Shown: positions 25,700-41,531 of the stretch, piece by piece
How the letters are laid out: every line of letters begins with the position of its first letter
How positions within the stretch are numbered: position 1 is the first letter of the stretch
From: Octopus vulgaris
Lineage: Eukaryota
Length of the DNA stretch: 64,000 nucleotides
NCBI GenBank assembly: GCA_951406725.2
Contig: OX597832.1
Span: 65,100,001 to 65,164,000, forward strand
Reading direction: 5' to 3'
Translations under genes and position numbers: made by a program
The notes under the pieces: generated by a model
Databases searched by the model: none
Told to the model about the DNA's origin: nothing
What the model saw: only the letters and a program-made list of their open reading frames with translations

Positions 25700-25975
25700 A
25701 TTGCATGAGGGTTCAAAAGTTTCTTATCGAACAACCAAACAAATGATTTGTTTATAGTGATCAAATGTTTTTTACACATAACCTCTCTCCGTCCTTTAAA
25801 TCGACATTACCTGTGAAAGTGCAACGGGTGCCACATGTCAAATGACAAAATGATCGCAGACAATGTGAAATGAAGTGCTTTGCTCAAGAGCATGACCAAC
25901 GCCCGGTCTAGGTATCGGACCCACATTCTCGCAATCTTATCCAACACCTTATCCAATGAGCCATGCGCCTTCACA
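25700..25975 (-). mobile_element. tRNA-derived SINE (family F)
   Basis: Head on the minus strand gaaggcgcatggctcattgg. Core ctcttgagcaaagcacttcatt. Inverted relative to 28265-28505. Confidence 0.7.
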
Positions 25976-26510
25976 TTATATATTTAGAATGATACCCTTT
26001 AGTGAACATATTGAGAAATGCGCAAAGCAACTGCTACCACAATGTGTAATGTTTCCATTCAATCAATGTACCATTGGAACAACAACACAAGGAAACCTAC
26101 TTCATTGAAAAATATAAGCCAAAACGTAGCCATTTCTAACATTCTTAAATAAGGAAAGCCACCTCATTGAAAAAATATAAAGCAAAACCTAACCACTTGT
26201 AACATTCTATTCCTTCTAAACCAAATCATGTTAAACTAATAAAACCTAGTCATTCCCAACACTTTTGGTTATCTCCCTTATACCGAAAAAAGTTCCTGAT
26301 TACCATCCCCTATCTGGAAGTCCATATTTCACAACATAGCGGAGATATGACACGATATAGGTGAAGAAATTTGAGAAATTTGAAAAGGAATTGCGAAACC
26401 GGTTATTTCTCCTAAAACAATGTTACTATACGCAACATTTTATAACATAATATTTAAATATATTCTTTATCCATATAACACAAGCCTTCTGTAGATTTTT
26501 CGCTTTATTT

Positions 26511-27097
<587 letters not shown>

Positions 27098-28150
27098 TGA
27101 GAGAATTAGGGGTTATGTTGGCCTTATGAAGGGATGGTGTCATCCAAGGATAATATACTGTTTCAATACTTAATATGTATAATCGAATACATATATAAAT
27201 AGAAAAAAATATATGTGTGCACTGTCATGGTCTTATATTTATATTCCCACATTTGTCTACTCTTCTAACAACTTAACATACCTTAACATAGTTTTTTCTT
27301 AATAACATTTGAGCAAGCACACTTAACAGTATTATAAATGTCTGATCATTACTTTCTTATTCAATTACTTTATTTTTGATTGCATTGCTAACTAAACTTA
27401 TATAGACTATATAGTTATTATTCAATTACCTTTATTTGTATTGCTTTGACAACCAAATTTATACTATGTTATAATTATATAAATATATAACTACAAATAT
27501 AATTTTAACACATTACGGAAAAAACCTTAGAGAATTCTCTCCCCTCTTACATCCTACTAGCTTAAAACTGATAATGAAACATAAACCTATTATTCAGACA
27601 TAATAATCTAAATAAACCGTTCCTTCGTTATATTGTTATCTTTCCTTCTATCCTTCCCCATTACTTTTAGCCTGTCATCCCCTCTCTCATCCTCCTCACA
27701 ATATCTTGACCACCATCTAGCACTCCCTTTTTCATTTGTTTCCTTCTTTCTTTCTTCTTTGCTGCCCTATTTATTTTGACTAATACCAATTTCCTTCCTA
27801 AAATACATATCTATTCTCTTCACTCTATCTACATACCCCAACAAGTACGTTCCCAAAATTTCATCCACACCACACAATACCTTTATGAATGAACAGCTCA
27901 TGGAATTTATGTCTCCAAATTATATACATGTAATAAAAAATATGAACTGTCGGATTCTACATACCCTGGACAGGAAGCATTTCCCCCCATTCTACACAGC
28001 ACTTCCTTTGGATAATGGAACTGCAACTATAACATCCAACATACATTTTAATTTTTATTTTTATTCTCTTATTTTTCTTTTCCACACTTTTCCAAAATAA
28101 CTCCTTATATTTAACACTACTAATTCCACTTTAGTTAACTGTCTCATATC

Positions 28151-28198
28151 GTCTCTGATGAAGGGATATTCCTAGTATCCCAGAAAGAGCCTTAGGAC
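28151..28198 (+). ncRNA. Degenerate minimal hammerhead motif at the end of a probable Penelope-like pLTR relic
   Basis: gtct-CTGATGA-a-gggata-ttcctag-tatccc-a-GAAA-gagcct-TA-ggac. Perfect 6-bp stem II; stem III is decayed. Confidence 0.55.
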
Positions 28199-28264
28199 TA
28201 CTTTTCTCTTTATAAATAAATCTCCTGTAAATAAAACACAGCCTTGGTTTCGTAGTATTATCGA

Positions 28265-28505
28265 ACCTCCAAGACAGAGCGTTACGTTGTGCTCTTGAGC
28301 AAAGCACTTCATTCTACGTTGCTTTCGCGATCATTTCGTCATCTGCTGTGTGGTAAACGGTGCACTTGTACAGGTAATGTCGATTTGATGGAGGGAGTGA
28401 GATTATGCTTACATAAACATTTGATCACTATAAACAATAATTTGTTTAGTTGTTCAGTAAGAAATTGCCGAAATCTTATATATCGTCTTACGACAGGGGA
28501 GTCTA
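28265..28505 (+). mobile_element. SINE family F, 5'-truncated
   Basis: ctcttgagcaaagcacttcatt...caggtaatgtcgattt...aaacatttgatcactataaaca. Confidence 0.7.
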
Positions 28506-29005
28506 TGTTATATATATATATATATTCATATACATACACACACAAACACATTATATATATATAAATAAATATATATATCATATATATGTACTATGTATGT
28601 AATATGTATGTATGTGTGTATACATGCAGACGCGTATATAGACGCACACATCAACGCCTATGCTGGTGCTCAAACACCCACATTTATACGTCAAATTATG
28701 TATTCAATGACATCTTAGAAGTTTCTTGATTTGATGTCTGCTTTAAATGAAACGTCTTCTCTGTTATATAGAAGTTATGTTACAATTGTGTCTTTCGGAA
28801 TACGTAAGTTTTAACCATTTGATATTACTATTGCTTGTTCTCGCTTTCTATATCGAATTCATCTTCCATCATCTGTCCTTGTTGAGGCTCTAATGTGAAT
28901 AGAAGATGATGTTTGATAACTATATGCATACGAAAAAATATGTATACATAACTACGTATGTAGAGATATTTATATATATTTATATATATATATGCATAGT
29001 TATGT

Positions 29006-29054
<49 letters not shown>

Positions 29055-29121
29055 ATGGACTGCTATTTTCAGTGAATATTGGTGCCTTGTACCACTAATC
29101 GATATATATATAAATACATAT

Positions 29122-29177
<56 letters not shown>

Positions 29178-29557
29178 CACATGTATATATATATAACATT
29201 CAGTTAATAGAAAAGAAAAAAATTATATGTGTGCGTGTGTATGTGTGTGTGTGTGTGTTTGTGTGTGCGTATATATGTGTGTGCGTATGTATGCATATAT
29301 GTATTTGCTGAAAAACACAACAAGCATCCAATAGGAGATGCATATCACAAATTCCTCTTTAATCACCGTCCGTTCTATAGAGCACAGCTTTTTCTGTTAC
29401 TATCTGTCTCAACTATCATCTCGGTTCGTCCATCCTGTCTGTTCTGTTTGAATTCAAGGGCTACATACCTGACAACTTCAAGCTACAAAATAGTCAACGA
29501 GAGTTGAAATTGAAGAGGGGTATAGTAACAGAAATAGTTGATGCTTATAACTTAAAT

Positions 29558-30370
29558 GTTCCCAGGACTTTTTGGAAAGTTATTAGGATTAACTGGAAAG
29601 TTCTGAGGACATCCTGTAAAGTATCATGGATTTCCTGGAAAGTTCCTAGGATTACCTGGAAAATTCCGAGGATTTTAATGGAAAGTGCCGAGTATTACTG
29701 GAAAGTTCCTAGGATCTCCTGGAAAGATCCGAGAATTTCCGATGATTTCATGGAAAGCGCTGATGATTTCGTGGAATGTTCCGCTTATTCACTAGAAAGA
29801 TCCGAGGATTTCCTGGAATGTTCCGGGGATTACCTGGAAAATTCCGAGCACTCTCTGGAAAGATTCGAGGATTTCATGCAAAGTACGGAGGTCTTCCTGG
29901 AAAGTTCCGAGGACTTCCAATGGATCTTCTGGAAAGTTCCGGGCGCTCCATGCAAATTTCCGAGGACTTCCTGGAAAGTTACAAGGATTTCGTGCAAAAT
30001 TCCGAAGACTGGAAAGGTCCGACGATTTCCGAGGATTTCATGGAAAGCTCTGAGGATTTCATGGAGGTTCCCGAGGATTTCATGCATATTTCCCAGCATT
30101 TTCTTGAAAGTTAAATGGATTTCCCGGAAAGTTCTGATGATTTCATGGAAAGTTCCGAGGCCACCATGGAAATTTCCGAGGACTTACTGGAAAGTTACGA
30201 GCATTTCATGGAAAGTTCCTAGTATTTTCGAGGATTCCATGGAAATTTCCGAGTATTGCATGGAAAATTTCAATGATTTCCTGGAAAGTTCCGAGGATTT
30301 CGTAGAAAGTTCCGATGATTTCCTGGAAAACTCCGACGAATAGGTGAGATATGACTTGCTAGAAAGTTCT
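29558..30370. repeat. 21-bp minisatellite, consensus GGATTTCCTGGAAAGTTCCGA, roughly 35-38 diverged units
   Basis: Visible periodicity; translates as the heptads WKVPRIS / ESSEDFL. Confidence 0.9.
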
Positions 30371-30491
30371 CTATATATATATATGTGTGTGTATATATAT
30401 ACATATTATTAGCCTGTTAAATAGGGATACTTCGACAGTATTTAGCCACCACAATCCCATTTTGTAACAATATATATATATATATATATGC

Positions 30492-30566
<75 letters not shown>

Positions 30567-30986
30567 AGAGACCAAAGTGTACGTACGCCGAATTATGTTT
30601 TATATATAAAAACTTCAAAAGGGGATTGCGGCGGGTAAATACTCTTGATGTATCCTTATTTAACAGGCTAATATTATGTGAAAAGACAATTTGTAAGAGA
30701 TATTTTTGTTGGAAAAACCAATCCTAACCGTTTGTCAGTTGATAATATCGTAATATCTAGAATTCTTGGGAAAATTCCTAATAATAGCTTCACGAAACTG
30801 CAAAGGAAGATTATATTTAATTTGTCTCTCGTAAGCAATAATTAACCAAATAGTTTTACTGTTAGTTACCTTGCTTTTAGTGTAACTATCTTTGAAAGAC
30901 ATAGATTTACTTTTGGAATAATAGTAGTGATATCTTCGAAACATGTGTCGGAAGTAAAAGAATTTGAACATCTCCGTTTACCTCCA

Positions 30987-31046
<60 letters not shown>

Positions 31047-32448
31047 TATGACTCCCTAGCAGTAAGCCCTGCCAATATATGCATATATATATATATATAT
31101 TTATGTATGTGTGTTGAATGTGTAATAAATATGTAGATATTTACGCAAAATTTTAATTGTCTGTCTGTTTGTATGACTACTTCTCTGTCTGTCCATATCT
31201 CTCTCTCCGTGTATATATATATATATATATATATATACATACACATACATTTATATATGTATATATATGCCTCTGTGCTTGCGTATATATTTAAATATAT
31301 ATGTGTGTACGTGTGATTGTGTACAAATATCCATATGTTTATAGTTATATATGTGTGTGTGTGAATGCTTGTGCGTGCGAAAGTATGTGTTTGAGAAATG
31401 CTGAGTGGGTTGCAGAAATTTTAATTTTCGTTTAACTCCTTCCAATACATGTTGATCCGCCTTATTATCAAAGACATAACATTTTGGGCATCACTATTCG
31501 TCCTATATAATAGGACGAGAAACAATATAACTGAATTGGGTGCGCAGTGATGGGATTCTTCTGCATTTAGAATCTCTTTCATTTTGACAAGTTCCCTCGT
31601 TGCACAACAAACGTGGTTTTGCTGAATAAAGTAGCATCATTATATAAACCTATGTGTATAAATTTGAGCCCCTCTCGTTTATCTCCCTTGTCTCTGATTT
31701 TTTCTAATCCTTCAATCCCGTTGACCCCCACCCCCTCTCTCCTCCTTCCATGTGACCGATGCCCGGCTAACCATAGTTTTTCTCTCTTGGCCTGACTGCT
31801 GACCGCCATCACCTTTTATGCCCATCGTCTATGTTCCTGCCTTTAGGCTTTCACTTCATACACACCAGCTCTATTTGATTAGTTCTCAGTCGAAAGACAC
31901 CTGTTATATTCGTGGTGTTTGTATTTGTAATTGCGTACCATGTTCTCCGTTTTTTGCCTTCGTTGCTGTACTCATTCACTAGCTTTCTTACAAAAAAACC
32001 TAATGTTCTTAGCTTAGACTCTTTTGGGGGCAATGAGATCAAACTGTCTCACTTGTAACTGCGCGAAACAGTAAGGACTTATGGTAAACTTGACCTATGA
32101 AAGAAGGACACGATTGACCCGTCTATATTTCCTGTCGTTTTAATTGTTTCTCCTGTACATCTTTGTATCGTATATCTCTCCGAATGTTTTATTGTCCTCC
32201 ATTGCGTTTTATTTTACCATTTTTTGAATGGAACCAGTGTTTACATTTACACAAAACACAAGACGACGAAAGATGAAGGAATAACCTGCAGGTGTATTAG
32301 TTTGACGCTCGGGAAGAATGGAAAAGTCTTTGATATTTGGAGCCTACACTGTTCGTCAGGAAAAGAATGGAGAGAGGACAAATATGCTAAAAGAGCCAAA
32401 AAAAAAGATAAATACTGAGTGAGGATTAAAGGTTCAACATGATAAAAA

Positions 32449-32505
<57 letters not shown>

Positions 32506-33181
32506 TATGCATATGTATATAGTAAGTAAATGGGTGAATATATATATATGTATATGCATATATTTATGTATACCTATATGTGTATATATACATAAGTACA
32601 TGTATATTTATACATAAACATATATATATATATATATGTATGCATGTATATTTATGTATATGTAAATGTATGTGTATGTATGTATCTATGTATCTATCTA
32701 CCTCTCTCTCTCAATTTATGTATATATATAAAATATATATACATGTGTGCATATGTATTTGTGTGTCTGTGTTTGCGCGTGTGTGCGTGTGCGTGCGTGT
32801 GTGTGGTGGTCTATGAGGGAATGTGTTTCAGGATGATAGTGTTGGTGGAAGTTACGATGGGAGCGATTGTCATAATGAACTGACGCTTTGTTAGGGGTGG
32901 ATGTGAATATAAGATGTAGACATCAAGTGTTCTCTAATGTAACGTTTCTTGTTTGTTGTGAAGCTCATCGCTGATGCTGTTGCTGTTGCTGCTGTTGTTC
33001 GCATTACTGGTGGTGGTAATGATGGCGTCGTAAACATACAAAAATGTATAAAACAGTAAATGAAAGAAAACACGTGGTTCTATGGTTGGTATTGGTTTAT
33101 TCACACTATTTTTAAAAATAAACTCATTACCAGTGAGTTTATTGAAATGTAGGGCGCTTATATTTAACGAACGCATACCGT

Positions 33182-33244
<63 letters not shown>

Positions 33245-33248
33245 GTAT

Positions 33249-33311
<63 letters not shown>

Positions 33312-33600
33312 CATGTGTCTATTTCAATTTAATTATCGCTCTTTTCTGAATAATGTGTGCGCATGTCCATGTGTCTATGTTGTATTTATAGTCTCATTCC
33401 AGTTTTCGTCCACCTTCATTCTTTTCTGTTTCTCGCTCTTTCCTTTCTGTTTCACTGTTTCTCGTTCACTCACCCTTCCTAGTGATTTTGTTCTTCTTTC
33501 TCATATATTTATGTATTTATATGTGTACGTCTCCTTACATGCATGCAAGCTTTGATACACTCACACACAATACGTACGTGTAAAAATACAGATGTACAAA

Positions 33601-33652
<52 letters not shown>

Positions 33653-34541
33653 ATACACACACACACACATATATATATATGCGCATTTATTCACACTTTA
33701 CTTTGTGCATATCTCATTATAAACTTATGCATGTGTTATATACTATTTGTGTATTTAACCTATATACATCATCTAAATTGGCTGTGCTTTCTATACCTTA
33801 CCTTTGTATGTGTATATACAGATACTTTATAGAAAAATCCGCATTTTCCATATTTAATGGGGAACTGTGTTCTTTTGAATTTCTTAAGTCTTTGAATATA
33901 CATATATTCAATATTCCTGTTTGGTTAGAATACTTTAGATGTGACGTTGTGTTTCGATCCCACTCAATGGTAGCGCTGATAGATGAAATAGTAAAAACTT
34001 TATTTTAGTCATCAATCATCGCCGCCATTTTAAGGCATCAAAAAATTGTCAAATCTCTTTAAAGAAACGGTGTCACAGTCATAGATTCCATAATGTGACA
34101 ATTCTTATTCTGGTTGATTCTAACATGAATCTTATTCCACTGCCTGGTGGGTAACTTGGTATTCATAATGATGTGGTCTAGGCAAACGAAACGATACTGA
34201 GTCGGAGAAAGGTATATTTTAAAGAGAAAAGTTCATATAACTATCTGTTCTAATTCTCAAGAAATATAATCACTTTTTTTGGGAAATGTTGGCAATAGAA
34301 TATCCGTTGTATAGAGAAAATTAACCAGATCTAAAGAATGATGTGTCAGTAACCCATAATCAATTCATTTAGACTATCATTACAATTGTACTAGACATTT
34401 TTGTACATTGTCATCTCTAAAAACGATCTATCTATTTATCTATCTATCATTACACATACACACACGCACAGAGAGAGACACACACACACATATATATATT
34501 ATATATATACATACATATATCTATACTTAGGCATACACACA

Positions 34542-34596
<55 letters not shown>

Positions 34597-34756
34597 TGTT
34601 GTGTCTGGGGAGAGTCATTTTCTTTGTGTGCCTTATAATGTAACACATTCACTGGTAAAATTTCCCCTTTTTTCTCATTTTTCTAAAATAAGACACAACA
34701 GAATATGCTTCAACACACAAACTCATATAAAGAATCTTGCAAACCAAATCCAAAAA

Positions 34757-34814
<58 letters not shown>

Positions 34815-34817
<3 letters not shown>

Positions 34818-36008
34818 CTGAATTACTCGGTATTGCCCGAGTTAATGCTGTTCCTATCCAGATTATTAAATATTAAATATGAAGATATATATTTTTTCTC
34901 ATAATTATTTCAAAATATCTATATTTCATTTAAGAATATCCAAATTGTAAAGATAATAAAATTTCGAACTGAAGATCTGTCAATGTTGAAGCACCCCAGA
35001 GTAAACAATATTCATTGTGTAATTTTTTGTTGGTTTCCAAATGAATAAATTGTTGCTGCTTCCAACTCGTGAGCAACCAGCATAGAGTTGGCAGTGAGAG
35101 ATGCATGTAGTAGAGATATCAAATCCAACTACCGTGAAGGATTAAACTTGAGGTTTGTTAAGTGAAATAACAAAACTTATTTTGACTGGAAACTGAAGCG
35201 TCTTAGATAGGAATGGAATATGAGAGGAAATTTTGGAATAAAGACATTTTCTTCTTTGTGAATGCTTGTAATGTTTGTTGCATGTAGGACATAGGGCTTC
35301 ATGGAAGTAACAATTTAGCGAGTTCCATTTCACAAGCGAGGTGGGTAAAGATTCATAAGCAACATAATGGATGCATCTAGGTTTAGTGTCAAGTTATGTA
35401 GTGGCATCCCAGTGGGTTTAAGTGTGTTCAGAAATTGAACAGGGTATTGAATACTCTGATCTTGATCGACTGTTGTGTGAATTGGTGGAAAAGTTATTTC
35501 TGATGTATCAGTTAACTTTCGAGGTTCATGATTGAGTTTATCAAACATTTCTTTAGTTGGAGGCAGTATAGCTCTTTGGAATAGCCAGTTTACATCAGTG
35601 TAATTAACAATTACACAGATATTCCCACACACGTACACTCCCACATAGAATGAGACACACATATACTCACATACATATAGTAAGACAGACATACACAGGC
35701 ATATATTTACGAAACAAACGCGCAATTACACACACTCACAGACACATATACATTCATATAAACAATGCGTCATGGTCGTGGTATAAAATGTCCTTTACTA
35801 TCTCATACGCAACGAACTCGCAAAAAAACACACACACACTGACAGACAAATACATGCTCGTCGTCGTCGTGGTATAAAATGTCCTTTAATATGTCGTACG
35901 TAACGAACGTGCAAACACGCACACTGACAGACACATAGACAATCCTCCACAAAATGTGAGGGTATCATCGTCGTCGTCCTGGTATAAAATGACATGTACT
36001 ATAGTTGA
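34815..36008 (-). mobile_element. Internally deleted Helitron with Pif1-like helicase relic
   Basis: Minus-strand peptides WLFQRAILPPT, QYPVQFLNTLKPTGMPLHNLTLNLDASIMLLMNL, QFPVKISFVISLNKPQ, HCQLYAGCSRV. 5' TCAACTATA at 36008. 3' hairpin actcgg-gcaata-ccgagt near 34825-34842; terminal CTAG decayed. Confidence 0.8.
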
Positions 36009-36307
36009 CTACAGAAAGATTAGATTCGAGAACATTGTTTAATCCAAATGTTACATTGTTTTAATCCAAATGAAAATAAAAATTACATTTTGTCAGTCGC
36101 GGTGCCTAATTGTATTACCTTGTAAAATTTGATTTGATTTTGTAGATTCGTTTGAAAATGCACAGGGAAAAGACATTCAGAAAGAGACGCAAAGTATTTT
36201 AAATATAGAGAAGTATATATGTATACATAAAAACCTTTGATATATTCATAAACGATTTTCAATTCTTTATGATATATATTTTGTAATGTAACTTTTAAAT
36301 TCCCTAC

Positions 36308-36417
<110 letters not shown>

Positions 36418-37667
36418 TACATATATATATATCTTCTCTTAGCTATAAGATTCTACAATGTCATCTTTAGTCGATCTAAACCAGATGAGGCCCACTTTAC
36501 TGCGAATAACGAGTTGTGAAATAAAAAAAATATGTCCGTTTACGGAATGCCGGAGAAAATATGTTCTGACATGGCAGAATTGGATTAAATAGGTTTTTGT
36601 GAAGCTTGGTGTGCGATGCAGCTACAATATGTACAAGATTATGAGAAGATAGGAATGAGAGTTGGTGGGGTTGTACTGGTACTGAATAACAAAATTGGTA
36701 GCACGAAAAGCAAATCGTCTTCCTGTATGTACATAAATATTTTACCCTATGTTTTCGAAAAAGAGCTGAGATATGAAACGTGGAGATTTTAAACCAAGAA
36801 AAAAAAAATTAAGATTTAGTATACTTGATAGCGTATACTAGCATATTAATAGGCCCCACTCTCGATTCCAGGAAAAGGAGTTTTTAGTACAAGCAAAAAT
36901 GAGGTCCAACTTCTCATATGAAATTCGAAGTGATATTTTAAGACAATATTTCGGAAAACTGGTGCGTCTTATATGCCATTTAATACATTAATACATAAAT
37001 TTTAGAAGAGTATTCAGGCATAAATAGTTGCTTTTATTTATTAGGTTGCAAGATTTCTGACCGCCTTCAGATTGCTTTTTTCGAAAGTGTTTATGAATTT
37101 CATCGGTCTTAGATGAGCCGTGAAGAAAATTATTTCCTATAAGTATTACCCTTCAGCTGTCGATATATTTTTATCATAATTGTCGGACTTGCAACCCGCA
37201 GCACTGCCCAGTGCGGGACTAACTTCTCGGATGACCACTTACAAGTTAACGCGTTTCTCTCGTAGCAAATCATATTTCACTAAAATTATAATAACAACAT
37301 CGATTCCTATGATGATCGACAGCACGACAGTAATGTTGTTGATATATACTAATACAGCTCTTCATGCTGAAATGAATCGTAAAATGACCTTCTTTTGTTG
37401 TCAAAACAAAACACAAAAAACCCCACAATGTAATAATCAATCGAAGACTGAGATTAATATGTTCGTTGCGACTCTGCCTTACGAAAATTATTGGTGATAT
37501 ATTGTCAATGCGAGGCATCGATTATCAATACTTAGAAAACATCTATTAGAAATAAAGTAAAAATATATTATATTGGTGGAAACTGCTGAAGCCCGTTTTA
37601 TATATACGTACACATACACTCACACACACAAACGCACACATATATATAAGTATGTATATATTTATAT

Positions 37668-37707
<40 letters not shown>

Positions 37708-37842
37708 GTGTGTGTGTGTGTGTGTAGAAATGGATATCTATCACTGTTTGTCTATCTATCTATATATCTATGACACATTCTCTCTCTACATACACATACA
37801 CAAACATGCACGCACACGCACATATACATATATATGTATATG

Positions 37843-38182
37843 TGAAGGCGCATGGCTCAGTGGTTAGAACGTCGAGCTTACGATCGAGAGGTTGTGAGTT
37901 CGAATCCCGGACTGACTGCGTGTTGTGTTCTTGAGCAAGACATTTTATTTCACGTTGCTTCATTTCACTCAGCTGTAGAAATGAGTTGCAACGTCACAAG
38001 TGCCAAGCTGTATCGGCCTTTGCGTTACCCTCGATAACACTGGTGCCGTGGAGAGGGAGGAGGGCGTTATGCATTGGCGGCTGCTGGTCTTCAATAAACA
38101 ATCTTGCCCGGACTTGTGCCTGATAAGGTAACTTTGTAGGTGCAAACCCATGGTCAGTCATGACCGAAGGGTGTCTCAGCAT
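37843..38182 (+). mobile_element. tRNA-derived SINE (family C)
   Basis: A box TGGCTCAGTGG, B box GAGTTCGAATCC, core tgttcttgagcaagaca. Confidence 0.85.
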
Positions 38183-38189
38183 ATATATC

Positions 38190-38315
<126 letters not shown>

Positions 38316-38557
38316 ATATATAGATATATATGCTGAGAACCACTTTGGTCATGACTGATCATAGGATTGCACCTAGAAAATTACCTTCTCAGGTATATAT
38401 ATGCACACACACTTCTTCAAGGAACTTTCCCTAAAATTGAATGTTTGGAGAAGTAGAGAATTTGAATTCTTTATTCCAAATGTGGCTCATCTCTATAGAT
38501 GTTCATATATATACAGGTGTAGCATAGGGATGTTATAGCTTTACGTATATAGATGTA

Positions 38558-38608
<51 letters not shown>

Positions 38609-38628
38609 AGCAGTACATAAAATAAAAG

Positions 38629-38672
<44 letters not shown>

Positions 38673-39093
38673 GATTTATTTTATGGATTGATGGATTTTT
38701 CAAATTGTTAATTTGCAAATATTATACAAATGTTTTCATGCAGAACTGCACTTTATTAAAAAGTCCTTCCGAAAATGAATGTTTGGAAGGGATATATTCT
38801 AAATATAATCAGAGGAGAAAAAGAAAGGAGGAAAAAGGAAGGAAAAAGGAAGGAAGAAAAGAAGGAAAAGAAAAAAGACGGTAGAAAGAAATCTAAAAGA
38901 CTTTCTGTGATGACCAAAGCACACCTGTTTTTATTTTTATTTTCTATTATTTACTTTTTTGTTGAAGAGGTCACCATCCTTAAACCCATTCCAATACAAT
39001 GCTAAAAGGAAGAAATAATTAAATAAATGGTGAATAGGATGGTGAATACTCCTTCTCTCTCCCTTACCCTCTACCTATCTGTCTATCTGTCTG

Positions 39094-39180
<87 letters not shown>

Positions 39181-40773
39181 CTATGTCTGTCTGTCTGTCT
39201 GTCTGTGTATCTATCTATCTATCTATCAATCTATCTATCTATTTTTCTATCTATCTAGCTATCTACCTACCTATATTTCTATCTATCCATCTCCATTGTC
39301 TTGGAACCTCACCAAAATAACAAAAACAATGTTCTATTCTAAACAACATCCCAAAAAACATCTGTTTTATATAAATGAACAAGCTTTTTGATCATTCACA
39401 AAATTCTATTTGACAAGATCTAGAGATGAATGAAAGCGCTAATAATAATGAAGAAATAAAAGGATTTTTTTCCAAAATTCTGACGACTTTGTTTTCTCAA
39501 TATTCAATTCTGTACATCACACCTAATACTCTATTCATACATATATACACACATATAAGATATTGTTTTCGCGTTTCCTTGTTTTTCACCGTTTAGGTTT
39601 GTTTATGATCCAGTAATTTAGCGGTTCTCCAACGTAGAGTGAGAGAATAATTACCAAATTATATTGGATGAATAAAAAGAAACCTTCCTAAGCACTTGGC
39701 TCGATTTGTTCGACCAAAATCCTTCAATGCCGTGTCCCAGCATGGTTGCAGTCCAATAAATGAGACACGCAAAACATAAAAGATAAAGTGTGAAGCAAGT
39801 AAATGAATTCCTCCCACTATTGACCTAATTTTTTATGCATATTTTGATGTTTCGCACGACAAAAACTACCCAACTAAGCAAAGCTTTATTTTTATTCATC
39901 TATTGTGAGATATTCTCTAATGTGAGAATAATTACTCCCAAAACGATATCCGGAGTAATTCCAGAAAAGTTAAAGATAAAAACAATTGAAATCAATAAGG
40001 ACAAAGAAAAAGCAACAAATAAACAAAAACACGTCTCGAGAAGGACAAAAATAAAGCATAAGATAAAGCTAGAGAAGACATGAATTAATAGTTATAAAGA
40101 AATGGCGCCGGTCACATGACAGGCGTGCTTCTGATCACGTGTTATCTGAAGAGCGAGGACGTTAATCCGCCATTATGTAGAGTGCAATTTAATCGGTGCT
40201 ACCAAAACGAAAGCAAGAATCAATAAAATATTACTTATTCCTGGTAAGGAAGAGTAAACCAGGATCAATTAGTCGCCGCTAGATGTCATCATAATCTGCT
40301 TTCTTCAACACCATTCGTCGTCAAATTCCATAGCATTTTACAGAAGTATCACATGAGTAATTGTGTGCTTGAATATGTGTGTGTGTATGTGTATAGGAAT
40401 GTGCTTGTGTGTATATATGTGTGTGTGTGTGAGTGTCCGTGTGTGGGCCTCAGGCTAAATACTTAATAGATACGATATCTATTATAAGTGGTCGTTTAAG
40501 AATTGGTCAGCTATTGTCTGAATTTCTGTCTCTTCTTCACTCTCTCACAATTCACAGACACATACTCACGTGCGCCTACAATCACAAGCACACACACATG
40601 CTTATACGAATCAGTATAAGCATATAAAAGTTATGTGTAAAAAGACGTATAAGAATATGCATACACATACACACGCACACATCTCCACCTGTCCCCGCCA
40701 TCGCTCTATACATACATAAATACATACATACATATATATATATATATATTATATGTATATAAATATATATATG

Positions 40774-40859
<86 letters not shown>

Positions 40860-41267
40860 CGCGTGTGTGTGTGTACATAGTTATACACGCAAAGGCATTG
40901 ACATTCGTCTATAATGACTACTTGTTCACTCATAAATACGCCGTGTTCACGACCCCGTATTCGTTAGCGGTGATGGTTTCACAATATAAATATCCTTTTG
41001 GACACGATATTTAATCAATCGCAAGATATATTCACGGAGGTCTTTCTGCCTATTCCACACACGGAGATGAATCGAAGATATTAATGTATTAGCGGATCGC
41101 TGAGAGATGCAGTAAATGGTGATCCTTGACCGGCGCAATGGGCGGTTAGTATATTTACTATTTAGTATCTGTATATGTCACCCACAAAGAAAAGTATAGC
41201 TGAATACATGATGATTAGTACACACAAATCTATCTATCTAAATATGTATATATGTATATATATATAC

Positions 41268-41332
<65 letters not shown>

Positions 41333-41472
41333 ATATATACATACATATATATATATGTACATACATGTGTGTGCACGTGAGTGCATTCGTGTTCGTGCGC
41401 ACATGTGTGTGCGTGCGTGAATACTTGTGTGTGCCTGTGTGTGTTTGTGTTTATATAATATAATATAATATA

Positions 41473-41531
<59 letters not shown>

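Noticed and set aside
29504-30343. 279-aa ORF as a real repeat protein
   Set aside because: Derived from a stop-free 21-bp unit. The peptide switches between WKVPRIS and ESSEDFL phases, showing that frame is not conserved.
29558-30370. CRISPR-like array
   Set aside because: Contiguous units with no unique spacers, no cas genes and a eukaryotic context.
31450-32400. Possible Penelope GIY-YIG C-terminal relic (LHLESL...PSL) and decayed ribozyme motifs; a similar weak hint at 41750-41860
   Set aside because: Too degenerate to call by eye; needs an HMM or consensus alignment.
37845-37920. tRNA gene (also the heads at 12105-12177 and 42695-42767)
   Set aside because: These are SINE heads continuing into SINE bodies, with no complete cloverleaf or acceptor stem.
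40147-40225. CTGAAGAG...CGAAA as a hammerhead
   Set aside because: Stem II and stem I do not pair properly.
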